NCBI RefSeq assembly: GCF_026210795.1
Contig: NC_089432.1
Coordinates: 2,046,001-2,110,000 of the forward strand
From: Rhizophagus irregularis
Taxonomy: Eukaryota
Reading direction: 5' to 3'
Length of the DNA: 64,000 bases
The translations under genes were made by a program, and so were the position numbers. Below the pieces are notes generated by a model, which made no database searches, was not told the origin of the DNA, and saw only the letters and a list, made by a program, of their open reading frames with translations. This document shows positions 14,010 to 27,740 of the stretch, piece by piece (positions within the stretch are counted from its first letter, which is position 1; every line of letters starts with the position of its first letter).

Positions 14010-14435
14010 TTTAATAATATTCAAAAATATTAAAAATGTTATAACAAGATATAATGGTAGTTCCTAGAAAATCCTAATATTTAAATCAGGAGTAAAATAG
14101 ACGCGTCAGCAGGTAAAGAGAACATGTTAATTCCTTTTATACGTGTTATAGAAGAAGAAATATTTGGGCATACTGGCTATTTTATTTGATAGCGAAAATT
14201 ATTAAAAATAGAAACACGTGTACTATTGACAAAATTTAAATATGTTAATCTAAATAGATGTGATACAATACACTATAGGTAAACTGGATGATGTAATAAT
14301 GGAAGACAGTAAACACAGATTATAAAGAGAATGTTCATTTAAGAAAAATTACATCATTGAAGAGTTGAATTACCGTTGGAGGTAAAAATTCAAGTAAAAC
14401 GATTCCCGACACATTATTTTTTTAAGTTTATATTA

Positions 14436-14610
14436 CAGTCAGTGCAACCATAATGAAACTGATTTGAAAAAATGTGCATTTAAAGAGGGAGTGCATTTAG
14501 GGAGAGAAATTTATATAATGTTTATATACTTCGGACTGAGCAAGAGGATGCATTTAAAGAAAAATATATAATGTGCATTTAGAGAGAGTGCACTTAGAGG
14601 GAGTTGACTG
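14436..14610. mobile_element. pogo/Tc1-type MITE
   Basis: TA|CAGTCA...TGACTG|TA ends with internal GTGCATTTA(A/G)AGAG repeats. Related copy at 41139. Confidence 0.7.
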
Positions 14611-14669
14611 TATTACTTTTCTATAGACGTAATATTATTATAATGCTTGTAATAATTAATCTTTTTATT

Positions 14670-14850
14670 AATATGTAATAATAATTTTTAAAATATATCG
14701 TGGTTTATTGTAAAATTAATATTTGAAACTAGGCAAAAAGGCATTTGAATTATAAATAATATGACACAATATATATCGTCGTATGAAATGAAGGAGGAAT
14801 TGCAAAAGATATAGATAAAGCTGCTTATTGGTATGAACAATCTGTATTAT
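14670..14850 (+). pseudogene. Relic of a Sel1-repeat exon
   Basis: Broken frames encode KAFEL and GIAKDIDKAAYWYEQS, the terminal Sel1 repeat seen in the intact paralogs. Confidence 0.6.
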
Positions 14851-15855
14851 TTTACAATAATTACTTTAAATTTTATTGAGCATATACGTCGTTTTTATTT
14901 ATGAAATAACAAAAAAGTATAATTAAGAAGGCGGTTCAATTAGTTTAGTTTCCGACCTGGCCAAATTATAAAAATAAATATTGTAAAACATTTATAGTTA
15001 AATTATGCACGTATAATGATAAATTCAAATCTTGGTTATAAAGTCAGAGTTAATATAGTAAATGGAAGTTCATAAGATCAGTGAGTTAGTAGATGTGAGA
15101 AGAAATTGCAGAAAAGATCAAATATCCACGTACATGGGCTTTTAAAATAAAATAAACATGAATAAAACAGCTATTCTAATAGTTTGATTTTTATCATTTA
15201 TCATTAGATACTAGTCGGATTTTGAAAGTGCCGTATATGGATACAAGTCTTAAAATGAACTGACCTGCTTTCATGCGTGATATTTGTAAAAATTTTATTT
15301 GAATATTTTCGTTTCATCTCCATATTTTCTTTAAAAACTCGTGAATCTTTGTTACATGATGACAAAATCTCAGCCAGCCGAATAATTTTCATGATTTGAA
15401 GCTATAAATAATTTTGTTTTAATCGAAACGATTAATATTGAGTCTACGTCTACTAAATAATCGAGACTCGAACTTTTTCCATCAAATTCGGTAATTTGAT
15501 CGATCAATTCCTAGATTGCAGTTATTGGGTTAATTAATCCCTAAAACAAAGTAGAACATAATGATAAAAGCTTTATTATATCCTTTAAAATAAATTCATA
15601 CTCGGAGTCGTGGCCAATGTTTTTTTTTTAAATTATTCCTTTTCTTTATTTTTTTTAGTAGATCAATATACTTTTTATTATAACAATTTTGTTCTTATCA
15701 CGTCTTAATTGTCTTATTAATAAACCTACTCGATGAATAAGTCAATCATATTCATATTAAATTTAAGGAGCATAAGAGAAAAATAAATATTTCTTAGTTA
15801 CTTAAATTCAAAACAAAAAATTTAAAAAACATAAAAAGTTACTAATTATATAATT

Positions 15856-18628
15856 TTATTCATTATTAATGTTTCTCTTTTTCCGTTTACTCTTTCTGGA
15901 ACTCTCCATTTCATCTTGATCATCATCTGATCCTTGCTCATATTTACTAAATATTTGCTCAATATCTTTCTCAATATCATTACCTACACTGCTATCTAGG
16001 CGTTTAGCCCTTTTATATAGTTCATACGCCTTTTCTTCATTTACATTCGTTTCAATCCCATGTTGATAATAGTACCCTAATTGTATCATTGCATTTGGGT
16101 ATTCATTTTCGGCCAACTCATTAAATAATTCAAAGGCTTTCTTAATATCCTTATCGACTCCTTCCCCCGCTCCATACATAGTAGCAAGCATATATTGGGC
16201 TGTCCAACTACCTAAATTCGCTGATTTTTGATATAGTTCAAATGCCTTTCTTTTATCAACACTGGTTTCGATTCCATTTAGATAATAATGTGCCAAATAA
16301 CAAATCGCATCTGGATGTTCACTTTCATCCAATTTTTTAAATAATTCAAAAGCTTTCTTGTTATCTTTACTAACGCCCTCACCTTTATCGTATATACAAG
16401 CAAGATTAAATTGAGCTTCATTATATTCATAATCTGCAGCCTCCTCAAATAGTTTCAATGCCTTCTTCTTATTTGAGTTAGTTCCAATTCCATCATGATA
16501 GCAAGTCGCTAACATAGTCATTCCAGATATACTTCCTAATTTTTTTGCCTCTCGATATAACTCTAATGCTTTCTGAAGGTCAATATTAGTTCCAGTTCCA
16601 TATTGATAACAATATCCTAAACGTTCTACTCCGTCTGGGTAATTTTCATAAGCCAATTCTTTATATAATTCGAAAGCGGTGTCAGGATCCTCATCAACGC
16701 CATTCCCCTCTAGATAACATTGAGCAAGATTATATTTGGCTATAATAAGGCCTTGTTCTTTAGCTTTTTTATATAACTCGAATGCTTTTTCTTTATCAAC
16801 GTTAGTTCCAATTCCATAATCATAACAATACCCTAAATTATTTTCACCGGGCGCATTTCCCAAATCTGCAGCCTTTTGATATAATTCAAATGTTTTTTGT
16901 TTATTAACATCAACTCCAATTCCATGCTCATAACAATGAGCTAAATAACTCATTCCATATACATTTCCTAAATTTACTGCATCTTGATATAATTCATAAG
17001 CTTTTTGTTCATTAATTTCTGTTTCAATTCCTAAATGATTGAATCTACCAAGAATAACTAATGAATTTGAATTATTTTGATTAGCTGAAATAAAATTAAA
17101 TATTAATCGTGAAGTTATGTTACGTTCATTAAGATATTCAAGAATTTTATGTTTTTCCTCTTCTATTTTCATAGAACTAAGTAGTTCAATTAATTCTTTA
17201 ATATTATCATCATTAACCTCTATTTCATGTTCTTCTTCGACAGCCATTTCCTCATCATAATTATGGTCTTCATTAACTACATCTTTCTCAATACTTTCTT
17301 CAACGTGGTCATTATCAACCACGACATTTTCATGATCATCGATAACCATTTCGTCACAATTTACGTCATTTGCTTCTATAGTTTCATATTCGATTTTCTT
17401 AATACTTGAAGTAATTTGACGCATAGTTTGACGATTATCTGGTTCTATGTCCCAACAACCTAAAGAAGAAAAATTCATATTTTAAATAAATTTTTTAGCC
17501 AATTAAATCAATTAATCATCTAGTACATGATTGAGTTTAAAATAAAATACTTGCCAGTATAAATATTTATATAATCATCGGGTGTATCACTAACAGGAAT
17601 TTCTCTACGGCCACTGAAAATTTCCATAGCTAATGCGATATCGTACGGTTCATTATCAAAAGGAGGACGACCGCTGGATATTTCCCACAACAATACACCC
17701 ACACTATAAACATCACTCTTTTTATTTAATGAATACACTTCAATCTCATTATCCCTATTTCTTTTCCTGGTAAAACTCTTTGGATCAACATAAGGAATCA
17801 TTCCAATTGATTGAGGATCGGACGCTTCTTCAATTCTTTTAGATAGGCCAAGATTTGCTAATTTAATATTTTTTTGATGTATTAATATGTTATTAGAATG
17901 CTATTATTAATTATAATAAAAGAGAATTAATTATAATTACGTAAGATATATGCGTAATATATAAAATAATAAAATAAAATAAATGAACGAATACCAAATT
18001 ACGGTGTACAATTTCTTCGTCATGTAGGCATGACACAACGTGAACTAATTGAAATGCTAGATCGAATTTGTCATTCCAAGTAAGATTTTTGAAATTTTCC
18101 TTCAAATAATTTTTAAGGGTGCCACTATCGGCATATTCCATTACTAAAAAGAAATCTTTTGGATTGTTTTCTTATTAAGAAAAAAGAAAAGATCGGTTAA
18201 CATTATTTTATTTCATCATGATAACAATTCACGTCATACAAAATATGTAAAAATAATATACCCGTTACAATACCACAAAATCGAATAATATTATTGTGAA
18301 AATCTATTTGACGCCGAAGTTGTATCTAAATCGTAAAATATATTAAAAATATGTATATATTTAATTAATTAATTACGTATTATAAATAATTATAAATTAT
18401 TACCTCATGAACTATTTCTTTAAGTGTGGTTTTGCTGAGATTATAAAAAGATTTCAAAACTAAATGTCCATGAAAGTCATTCCAATTTGCACGGTAAACC
18501 TTTCCAAAATTACTGGAACAAATTTCTTGTATGTTACTAAAATTTTTATATTCATATTGTTTAATATTTCTGCTCGCTATTGCATTTTCGATCCAGTTAT
18601 TCCATTCGTTTGAATTTTCAATTTGCAT
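15856..18628 (-). CDS. Kinase-Sel1 protein 1: predicted pseudokinase, acidic linker, ~10 Sel1 repeats, basic C-terminal tail
   Basis: Exons 18628-18404, 18325-18262, 18170-17995, 17900-17555 (GC donor) and 17459-15856 join in frame. Motifs: LVLK, HRNLHSNN, LANLG, SDVYSVGVLLWEI, CWDIEPDNR. Confidence 0.9.
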
Positions 18629-19479
18629 ATTAAAATTATTTATTATAATAACTTGTAACTAAGTGTGTTTTATTGTTAATTGTGTCTTGTAATTAACCGT
18701 CGCTGGGAGAACTTTTTTTTTTAAAAAAAAACCAACAAAACAATACTCGCTCAACATTTATATATGCATGTAGTCAGGTGATCAGTCGATCATTTTATTT
18801 ATAGTAAATAATAAAGAGGCGGTGTTGCAATAATTGCGTTTTTTATGCCACCCGCACCCTAGCCACCTTTCAAAATTGTTCAAATTGACAAGCCACACAA
18901 CCACATCCGTTCATTCCGTTGGCGGTTGTAAAACATGAATATCTTATGTAATCGTAAAAATTATTTTAGTCCCGAATATTTGAAATATCGAATTTTAAAT
19001 TATAATTACCGGTTGTATCCGGTTGGTTAAAAGCTTATCAAGGGTATTAAATCGGTAATTACTCAATTAGTGAATGGACATATCAGCGGATTTGTTTCAT
19101 CACATGTCATTTGCTATAACAAATTTATTATAGAAATGGGAAAACCAAATTCTCTAATTAATTTACTATATTCGGCTGACATGTGATGAGAAAAAATTCA
19201 TTGCGAAGATCGTTCGTGTATAAAAAAGAACCGAAAAATAAAGGTATAATCCAACGGTCGAAGAAAAATAAAAATTAGTTATTCAACGAGTATATTTTTT
19301 CTTTTCTTTTCTTTTTTTGAAATCTAATATTTAAAACCACTGCAATCACGTGGGCGTTACGTTTAGACTAACCACATAAATAACAATTTACAATTGTGTA
19401 ACTGCAGTGTGTAATGCAAAGTATAAATCTTGATTTTTTACATGATAGGCACGCTTCATACGCGATTGCCGTAATTAAA

Positions 19480-20290
19480 AAAAAAGCAAAAAAGAAAGAA
19501 GCAAAAAAAAAAGTTATGTAGAACAAAGTTAAAGAAAGAAAAAAAGAGAACAAAGGAACGAAAAAAAGAACCCATCTATATGGAACCGAAATACCAAAGC
19601 GCCGAAATTGCCGAAGAACCAGGTCCTATCGAGGAAATGAAATTAGCACAAAGTTAAAGAACAAAAAAAGAACGGAACCGAAATGTTAAAGCACCGAAGT
19701 TGCCAAAGAGCCAGGACCTAAAAGGAAAGAAGAGTTAGAACGATAGAACAAAGAGCCGAAATGCCGAAGAGCTGGAATCTAAGAGGAAAGAAGAGTTAGA
19801 ACAATATAACGAACGAAAAAAAAGACAAAAAGAGAAAAAAAATGAAAAAAAGTACCTTGGAACCTTGAAACCGAAATATCAAGCCCGAAGAGCTGGGACC
19901 TATTGAGCAAAACATAAAAAACAAAAATAAAATCCCTTGGTAAACTATATAATTTTGCTTTTCTTACTTTTTTTGAGATGTTAAATGAGTTATATTAATT
20001 GGAAATTTTTTACATTATAGTTCCCCGTTATCCTTATGTACTTGCATTTGAACCATCTGTTATTGAAGTGCGTCATGTCTGGGAGGAAAGAATAGTCAGA
20101 ACGAACAAAAAAAAATGAAAAAAAGATGCACCTTAGAACCAAAGAGCCGAAAATTGAAGAGCCAAAATGCCGAAGTGCTTGGACCTAAGAGAAAAAAAAG
20201 TTAAAACGAAGTTAAAGAACGAAAAAAGAGAATAAAGGAACGCAAAAACAAGAACCACCTGTATGTGAAACTGAAATGGCAAGGCGCAGG
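19480..20290 (+). repeat. Purine-rich degenerate repeat region carrying a CNH-domain-like gene fragment
   Basis: Recurrent CCGAAATGCCGAAGAGC(C/T)GGACCT units. After an AG at 20019-20020 the frame reads PRYPYVLAFEPSVIEVRHV. Confidence 0.5.
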
Positions 20291-21108
20291 TATTATATAT
20301 ATATAATTAAAATTTTACTTTATATATGTTTTTAAGTTTTAAATATTAACTGTTAACGTAGTTAACAGGTGAATCCTAGTATGTATTTAAAAATTTAACC
20401 TGATCTCAATTGCATCGCCTTCTTACAAGAAAACAGTAATTCTTGTATATACCAGTAATTTACTTGGTTTACTACGCGTTTTTCTTCCTGTACTGTATTT
20501 TTTTGGCCTAATACTTAAATGTAAGGGTTTGAATTTACATGAATATATTGCACGTGAATATCCCGCATTGACTAATTACATGTGCATTTATGTTTTTTTG
20601 CAATCACAGATAAAAAGCTAAAAAAGGAATTAAATTTAAAATTTATTATACTCCTTAATTATCCTATTAACTATATACGGTACAATTATATAAAACACAT
20701 CTCACAATTAATCTTTTTAGAGATCAACTATTTTCTTAAACATAATCATCATCGTGGCTTCGTTGATCACGTCATAATTACATCAATTAACTTATGATTC
20801 GTCCCAATTTTGTGTCGCACTAATTTTTTTTAGTGCTGTCAAAAAAGTGCTGAGCATGATCGAACAGGAGGGTTAAGTAGTGTTTGTGCTACGTCTTTTT
20901 TTTTTGTTTACAGAAAGCGCAGAGTGCTGTCAATTTAAACACTATATATATATAATTAATTTAGTAATTCAGTTACTATCAATATATGATCATGATGAAT
21001 AATACTTAATATATTAAAACTTTATTTAATAAATATGTAAATTAATTATAATTAAAAAAATAAATCTAATAAATAAAAAAAAAAGATGTCAAAATAAAAT
21101 TGCTAAAT

Positions 21109-23101
21109 TTAATCATTTAACGAATCATCATTATCTTTGATACCTTCTCCGGACTTAATGGATGAATTTGTGAATATCGCCTTATAATGATGATGACGTT
21201 TTTTAGATTTTTTATTGTTCTTTTGCACATTCTCATCATAATATCTTCGCTTACGATCAGTTTCTTCAAAAGATTCATCATTTGGAAAAAGTTCTTCTAA
21301 TTTATTTCTAGCATCTTGATCTCCTTGTTCAGCAGATTTTTTATACCAATAAATTGCTTGATCAATATTTTTTACAATTCCTTCTCCATTTTCATACATA
21401 AAAGCAAGATTATTTTGAGCTGTAATAATATTTCCTAAACCTGCAGCTTTTTCATAAAGTGTAAATGCCCTTTTTTTATTAATTTTAGTTCCAATTCCAT
21501 GTTGATAACAATATCCTAAATTATTTATTCCAAACATATTTTCTAAATGTGCAGCATTTCGATATAATTCAAGCGCTTTTTGTTCATTAATATTTGTTTC
21601 AATTCCTAAATAATTAAATTCTCCAAGTAAAACTATAGAATTTGAATTTGAATTATTTTGGTTATTTAATAACCAATTATAAATTTCTTGCGAAGTTATC
21701 TTATTATTATTTAAATAATCAATAATACTTAGTTTTTCTTCGTACCCTTTTTTTTTCTTCGTAAGTAAATCAACTATCTCATTAACCACCATGATAAATT
21801 TATTTTTTTCTGATGAAATCACTTCATCCAAAATTTGATCTTTTAATGATTTCAATTTCTTAGCAACCTCATTCATATTTGGACGATCATCTGGTTCGCT
21901 ATTCCAACAATCTAAATATATACATACATTAGTGTATAATTTAATTAATTAGAACATATATATTTTTTATAAATTATAATTTAATTTAGATCATATTTAC
22001 CAGTATAAATTTTTACATAATTTTTGGATGTTTCAAAAACAGGAATTTCTCTACGACCCATTGAAATTTCTACGGCTAAACCAATATCATATGGTTCATT
22101 TTTGAAAGGGGGATGACCGCTGGTTATTTCCCATAGTAACACACCCACACTATAAACATCACTTTTTTCATTTGATAAATACATTTCTATTTGATTGTGT
22201 TCATCTCTTTGTCTAATAAAACTCTTTGGATCAATGTAAGGAATCATTCCTGATAATTTTGATCGAAAATTTGACGCTTCTGTAATTCTTTTTGACAGGC
22301 CAAGATCTGCTAGTTTGATGGTATTTTGATGAACTAATATATTATTGGAATTCTATTTTTAAATGCAAATACAAACATAAATAATAAGAATTTTGAATCA
22401 TGATTTCGTTTAGTATAATAATTCAATTATAAAAATGTAATTACCAAATCACGATGTACGATTCCTTCATTATGTAAACATGATATAACATGAACTAATT
22501 GAAATGCTAGATTTAATTTATCGTTCCAAGTGAGATTTTCAAAATTTTCTTTTAAATAATTTCGAAGAGTACTACTATCTGCACACTCCATCACCAAATA
22601 AAAATCCTTTGAATCGATTCCTTGTTAAAAGAAAAAAAAATTCAATTAGTTAAAGTTGAATAACATAATAACATCATTTTATCATTGTGATCCAATACTT
22701 CATCGTAAAATATTATTAAATACTTATAATACCTGCAACGCCATAAAAGCGAATAATGTTCTCATGAAAATCGACTTGATGTTGAAGTTGTATCTATAAA
22801 TTAGGAACGTTATTGTAAATAATTAATTATGAATGAAATATGTATTATTATATGATAATTTTACCTCATGAACAATTTCTTTAATCGTAACTTTATTTAA
22901 ATTATAAAAAGATTTTAATGCAAAACGTCCACTGAAATTTTTCCAATTTGCACGAAAAACTTTGCCGAAACTACCGGAACCAATTTCTTGAACGTTGTTA
23001 AAATGTTTAAAATCAAAATATTTAATAAGTTTATTATATATAGCTTCTTCAATCCAATTAGTCCACTCATTTGAATCGTCAGTATTATTTATAGTTTGCA
23101 T
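21109..23101 (-). CDS. Kinase-Sel1 protein 2: 3 Sel1 repeats, basic C-terminal tail
   Basis: Exons 23101-22865, 22793-22733, 22620-22445, 22352-22001 and 21911-21109. Motifs: GSGSFGKV, FALK, HRDLNSNN, ADLG. Confidence 0.9.
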
Positions 23102-23896
23102 TTTGGCTAATGTGAGAAAAAGTTTTTAAAAATTGCAAACAAGCGTTTGTGAAAATTATATGCATAAATCAATGATCACCTCATTATATGTTCGCCTAAA
23201 TTGGGAATTCATTGTGTGTAAATTTTGATTCGTCTATTCAAACTATTGTTCAGTCATTTTGGGATTAAATGACCGATATTTTTATTATATTGCAAGCGGT
23301 ATTAGTAGCATTAATTCCTATTGGTCACCACAGTATTCCTAGTGACTGAACTATAACTCAGTTATTGGATGGAGGATATCGGTCTTCGGCCGATATCTCT
23401 ATTTCCCATCCAATAACTATTTATTATTATTAAAATTCAAAACCAAAAAGGGTCAAAAAAATTATTGTTAGATAAATGAAGGTTTTATGTATTATTTATT
23501 TAAAAAAGATGATATTGTTTGTATTACGAAGAAGAAACTATCTGGTTTACACCTTGCCATATAAAATTCTTATTTAGTTTACTTAATTAATTTGATCAAA
23601 TGATGTTATTTTTGATCAAATGTGTGTACCGGTACCCTTTTTATTTGTATTATGCACTGCCGACGTTGGCACGACAAATAGATCGACTTAATCAAACTAT
23701 ATCTTCATGTTTTGTTTATGATACATGCACGAATCAGACGCAATGGCTCAAAAGCTTATTACTTTAATTTGAACCAACTTGCGTCACCACGCTTACGTAG
23801 TATAATCTTTATTTGTAATATTCGTTCATTCTAAAAATAAATTTTCTAAAGATAAATCAAAATTAACTTTTAAATGAAATTTACTAATTTGATTAC

Positions 23897-26061
23897 TTAT
23901 TTTAAAAGTTGTTTCAACTTCATTTGAGCATCTTGATCTTGTTCTGCAGATTTTTTATACCAATAAATTGCCTTATCTAAATTTTTCTCCGTTCCTTCTC
24001 CTTTTTCATACATAAATGCAAGGTTATATTGAGCTACACAATTTTCTAAGTCTGCTGCTTTTTGATAACATTCAAATGCCTTTTCTTTGTCAACATTAGT
24101 TCCAATTCCATGTCGATAAGAATGTCCTAAATCATTCATTCCGGACGTATTTCCTAAATTTGCTGCCTCTTGGAGTAATTCAAATGTTCTTTGTTCATCA
24201 ATTTTAGTTCCAATTTTATAGTAATAACAATCTCCTAAATTTTTCATTCCATATGTATTTCCTAAATTTGCTGCCTTTTCATATAACTTAAATGCCTGTT
24301 TTCCGCTAGGACTTACTCCAATTCCATTTTCATAACAATATCCTAAATTATTCATACCAGATATACTTCCTAAATCTGCAGCTCTTTGATATAATTCAAA
24401 TGCCCTTTTTTTGTTAGGAATTACTCCAATTCCATTTCGATAAAAATAACCTAAATTATTTATTCCAGAAATATTTTCTAAATTTGCAGCTTTTTGATAT
24501 AATTCAAATGCTCTTGACTCATTAATATCTGTTTCTATTCCTAAATAATTAAATTCTCCAAGTAAAACTATATAATTTGAATTTGAATTATCTTGATTAC
24601 TTAATAACCAATCATAGAATTCTAATGGAATTATATTATGATTCTTGAGATAATTAAGAATGATCTGTTTTTCATTTTCTTTTTTTTCTTCTATCTTATC
24701 AAAAAGAATAACCATTTTATCAACAATCATACTATAATTAGTTTCATTTATAAATTTTTCTTTTGCTGCTTTCAATTTATCGAACACTTCGCTGATAGTT
24801 GGACGATCATCCGGCTCACTATTCCAACATTCTAAATAAAAAAAAATATATAATTTTAATAAATCGAAACATAATTTAAAAAATTATAACTTTAAAAAGT
24901 TTTTGGATTATATTTACCAGTATAAATTTTTACATATTCTTTAGGTGTATTGGGAACTGGTACTTCCCTATAACCATCCAAAATATCCATAATCAGGCCA
25001 ATATCATGTGGTTCGTCAGGAAAAGGAGGATGACCGCTTGATATTTCCCACAATAATATACCAATACTGTAAACATCACTTTTTTCATTTAATGAATACA
25101 TTTGTGATTGACTATCTACTTGTGCAAAACTTTTTGGGTCAGCATAAGGAATCATTCCAACTGATCTAGATTGAGGATCGGACGCTTCTTCAATTCTTTT
25201 GGATAAACCAAGATTGGCCAATTTGATGGTATTTTTATGAATTAATACATTATTAGAATGCTATTATTAATTGTAATAAAAGAGAATTAATTATAATTAC
25301 GTAAGATCTATGCGTAATATATATAAAATAAATGGACCAATACCAAATTACGGTGCACGACCCCTTCGTCATGTAAACATAACACGACGTGAGTTAATTG
25401 AAATGCTAGATTAAATTTGTCATCCCAAGTGAGAGTTTCAAAATTTTCCTTCAAATAATTTCTAAGGGTACCACTATCGGCATATTCCATCACTAACGAA
25501 TAATTTTTCGTATTGTTTTCTGATTAAAAGAAAAAAAATTAACAAAATTTAATTATGTTACACCATGAGTTTGTATATAACCATAATTGGATTTTTTTTT
25601 TTTGCAATCCGTTCAGATTAATAATAAAGAGATTTTTTATATTATAATTACAATGTTCCATTTATACTAATTACATTAAATATTTATTATACCTGCTGTA
25701 ATTCCACAAAAGCGAACAATATTATTATGAAAATCTAATCCACGCTGTAGTTGTATCTATATCATAAGAAAATAATATAGTTAAATAAAACAAGTATGAT
25801 TTACAGTGAGGTCACATTAAAATATAGTACCTCATGAACAATTTCTTTGGCGGTGATTTTATTAAGATTATAAAACGATTTTAATGCCATGTGATCCTTA
25901 AAATTATTCCAATTCGCACAATAGACCTTCCCGAGACTTCCGATACTAATTTCTTTAATATTACGAAAGCGTCCATAATCATAACATTTAATATTCCCTG
26001 TAGAAATTGCTTCTTCAATCCAGTTAATGTATTCATTTGAATTATCAATATTAGCTTGCAT
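23897..26061 (-). CDS. Kinase-Sel1 protein 3: predicted pseudokinase, 6 Sel1 repeats
   Basis: Exons 26061-25831, 25756-25693, 25519-25344, 25260-24918 and 24831-23897. Motifs: SIGSLGKV, MALK, HRNLHSNN, LANLG. Confidence 0.9.
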
Positions 26062-27316
26062 TATGATATTATTTTCTACTGTAGGAAAAGAAACTCTGAA
26101 ACGTTATAACTTATGAATTACAGTATATATATTATTGTACGTTAGATCAGACCATAGTTTCCAAATTGGTTATTTGAGCGACGATTTTTGATTAAATGCT
26201 TATTTAGGCATTTATTTCTTTCATTTTATGCACGAGCTATAAAAAAAATTTCTGCTCAGAATATTGGTGTGTGACAAATTCTCCCTAGCTCGGTGTGTAA
26301 TAATTTTGATCCGTCAATAAAGTCCGCTTATCAAATGTTATTAGGCGGAAAGCAAATCATATGAATCATGTGAATCTATAGATAAGAAATGGAAGTATCT
26401 ATGATAGATAATGCAAAAATTATTTGTACTTACTATTTTGTAAAAGAAAGCAAGAAATAGTAATTTTTGGTTTACAAATATTTATTTATCTTTAGTGAAA
26501 AATAAATGGTTATTTTTTATAAAGTCCGTAATAACCGTAGTAATATTTAATTTATATGCGGTAAAAGGTAGAGTACTAATAGTACTTAATGTGTGATACT
26601 AAATTTCGGTAAACACAAAAAAAAGTTTAAACAACTGTTAATTACAAAGCACGTAATTTCATTCGTTCACAAACCTCCGGAAAAAAATCAGTATTTTTGC
26701 ATATTCCTTAAATCGGTAAAGTTATTTTCAAACTAAACCATTAATGGTCATGATTGCTAAAGAAACATAAGATTCTTTCATCATTGAGAGGGCTGAATTC
26801 GTTTATTTAGCATCATTAATAAATTCCGTTAGATTGAAACATCAATAGGCGTCTTAAAATATATTTGGTTATATTTCAAAGGTGATTTTGATTTGACTAA
26901 CCGAATTTGGGTTAAGGAATCCATTTTATTATACTGATTAGTAAGATCATTTTAACAATGAAAATCAATTTTGTTACAACCAATTATATGTCAGGAAACC
27001 ACAACTTTTTTTTCGATAGGTTATATACTACTTAAAATTTTTTTGATATTAATTAAAAACAAGTAACTTTTTATATATTAAAATATACAGTATATCACAT
27101 AAAAAGGAACTGGAAATTTTTAATACGTTGAAATATCATATTACAAAAAAAATTTATACATAACTCGCATTCTTCCAAGTTATCATTAAGTCACGTGACT
27201 GAATTAGAAGGACGATTTAGTCGCTCGAAGAACAAAGTTATGGATGAAATGACAAAGTTCTTATTATGTTTTTATAATAATATCTTGTTTTTTCTGTTTT
27301 CATTGATTCATTATTA

Positions 27317-27497
27317 GGCCGTTCCAACTTAAAATCTAACAGCTAAATTTTGAAAAACCTTTTATGTATAAATGCTCCTTTAACTTAAATTATGATTTTC
27401 TGGAATTTTCTGAAATTTTCCAAATTTTCCCAAAACTTTTCCATTCAAATTTTTCAGAAAGTCTGGGCGTTAAACAAACAATTAAATTCGAACGGCA
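27317..27497. mobile_element. PIF/Harbinger (Tourist-like) MITE candidate
   Basis: GGCCGTTCCAACTTAA versus right-end reverse complement TGCCGTTCGAATTTAA. TTA on both flanks. Confidence 0.5.
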
Positions 27498-27740
27498 TTA
27501 CCAAAAAAAAAAAAAAAAATCTCCGAGATGACGAGAAATTAGCTGCGCTATATTTCTCTCATGATCAAATTGTATGTACACAAATTCAAAAAGTTACTTT
27601 GACGAATAATCATTCTGTTCTAATATTCAGTACACATATATCTGATATATTATAATAAATTTTTAATTTAATTTTACAGAAAAATTAAAATTACAAAAGA
27701 TTATAAAGAATTTTATAATTATTTTTATGCCGTAAAAAAT

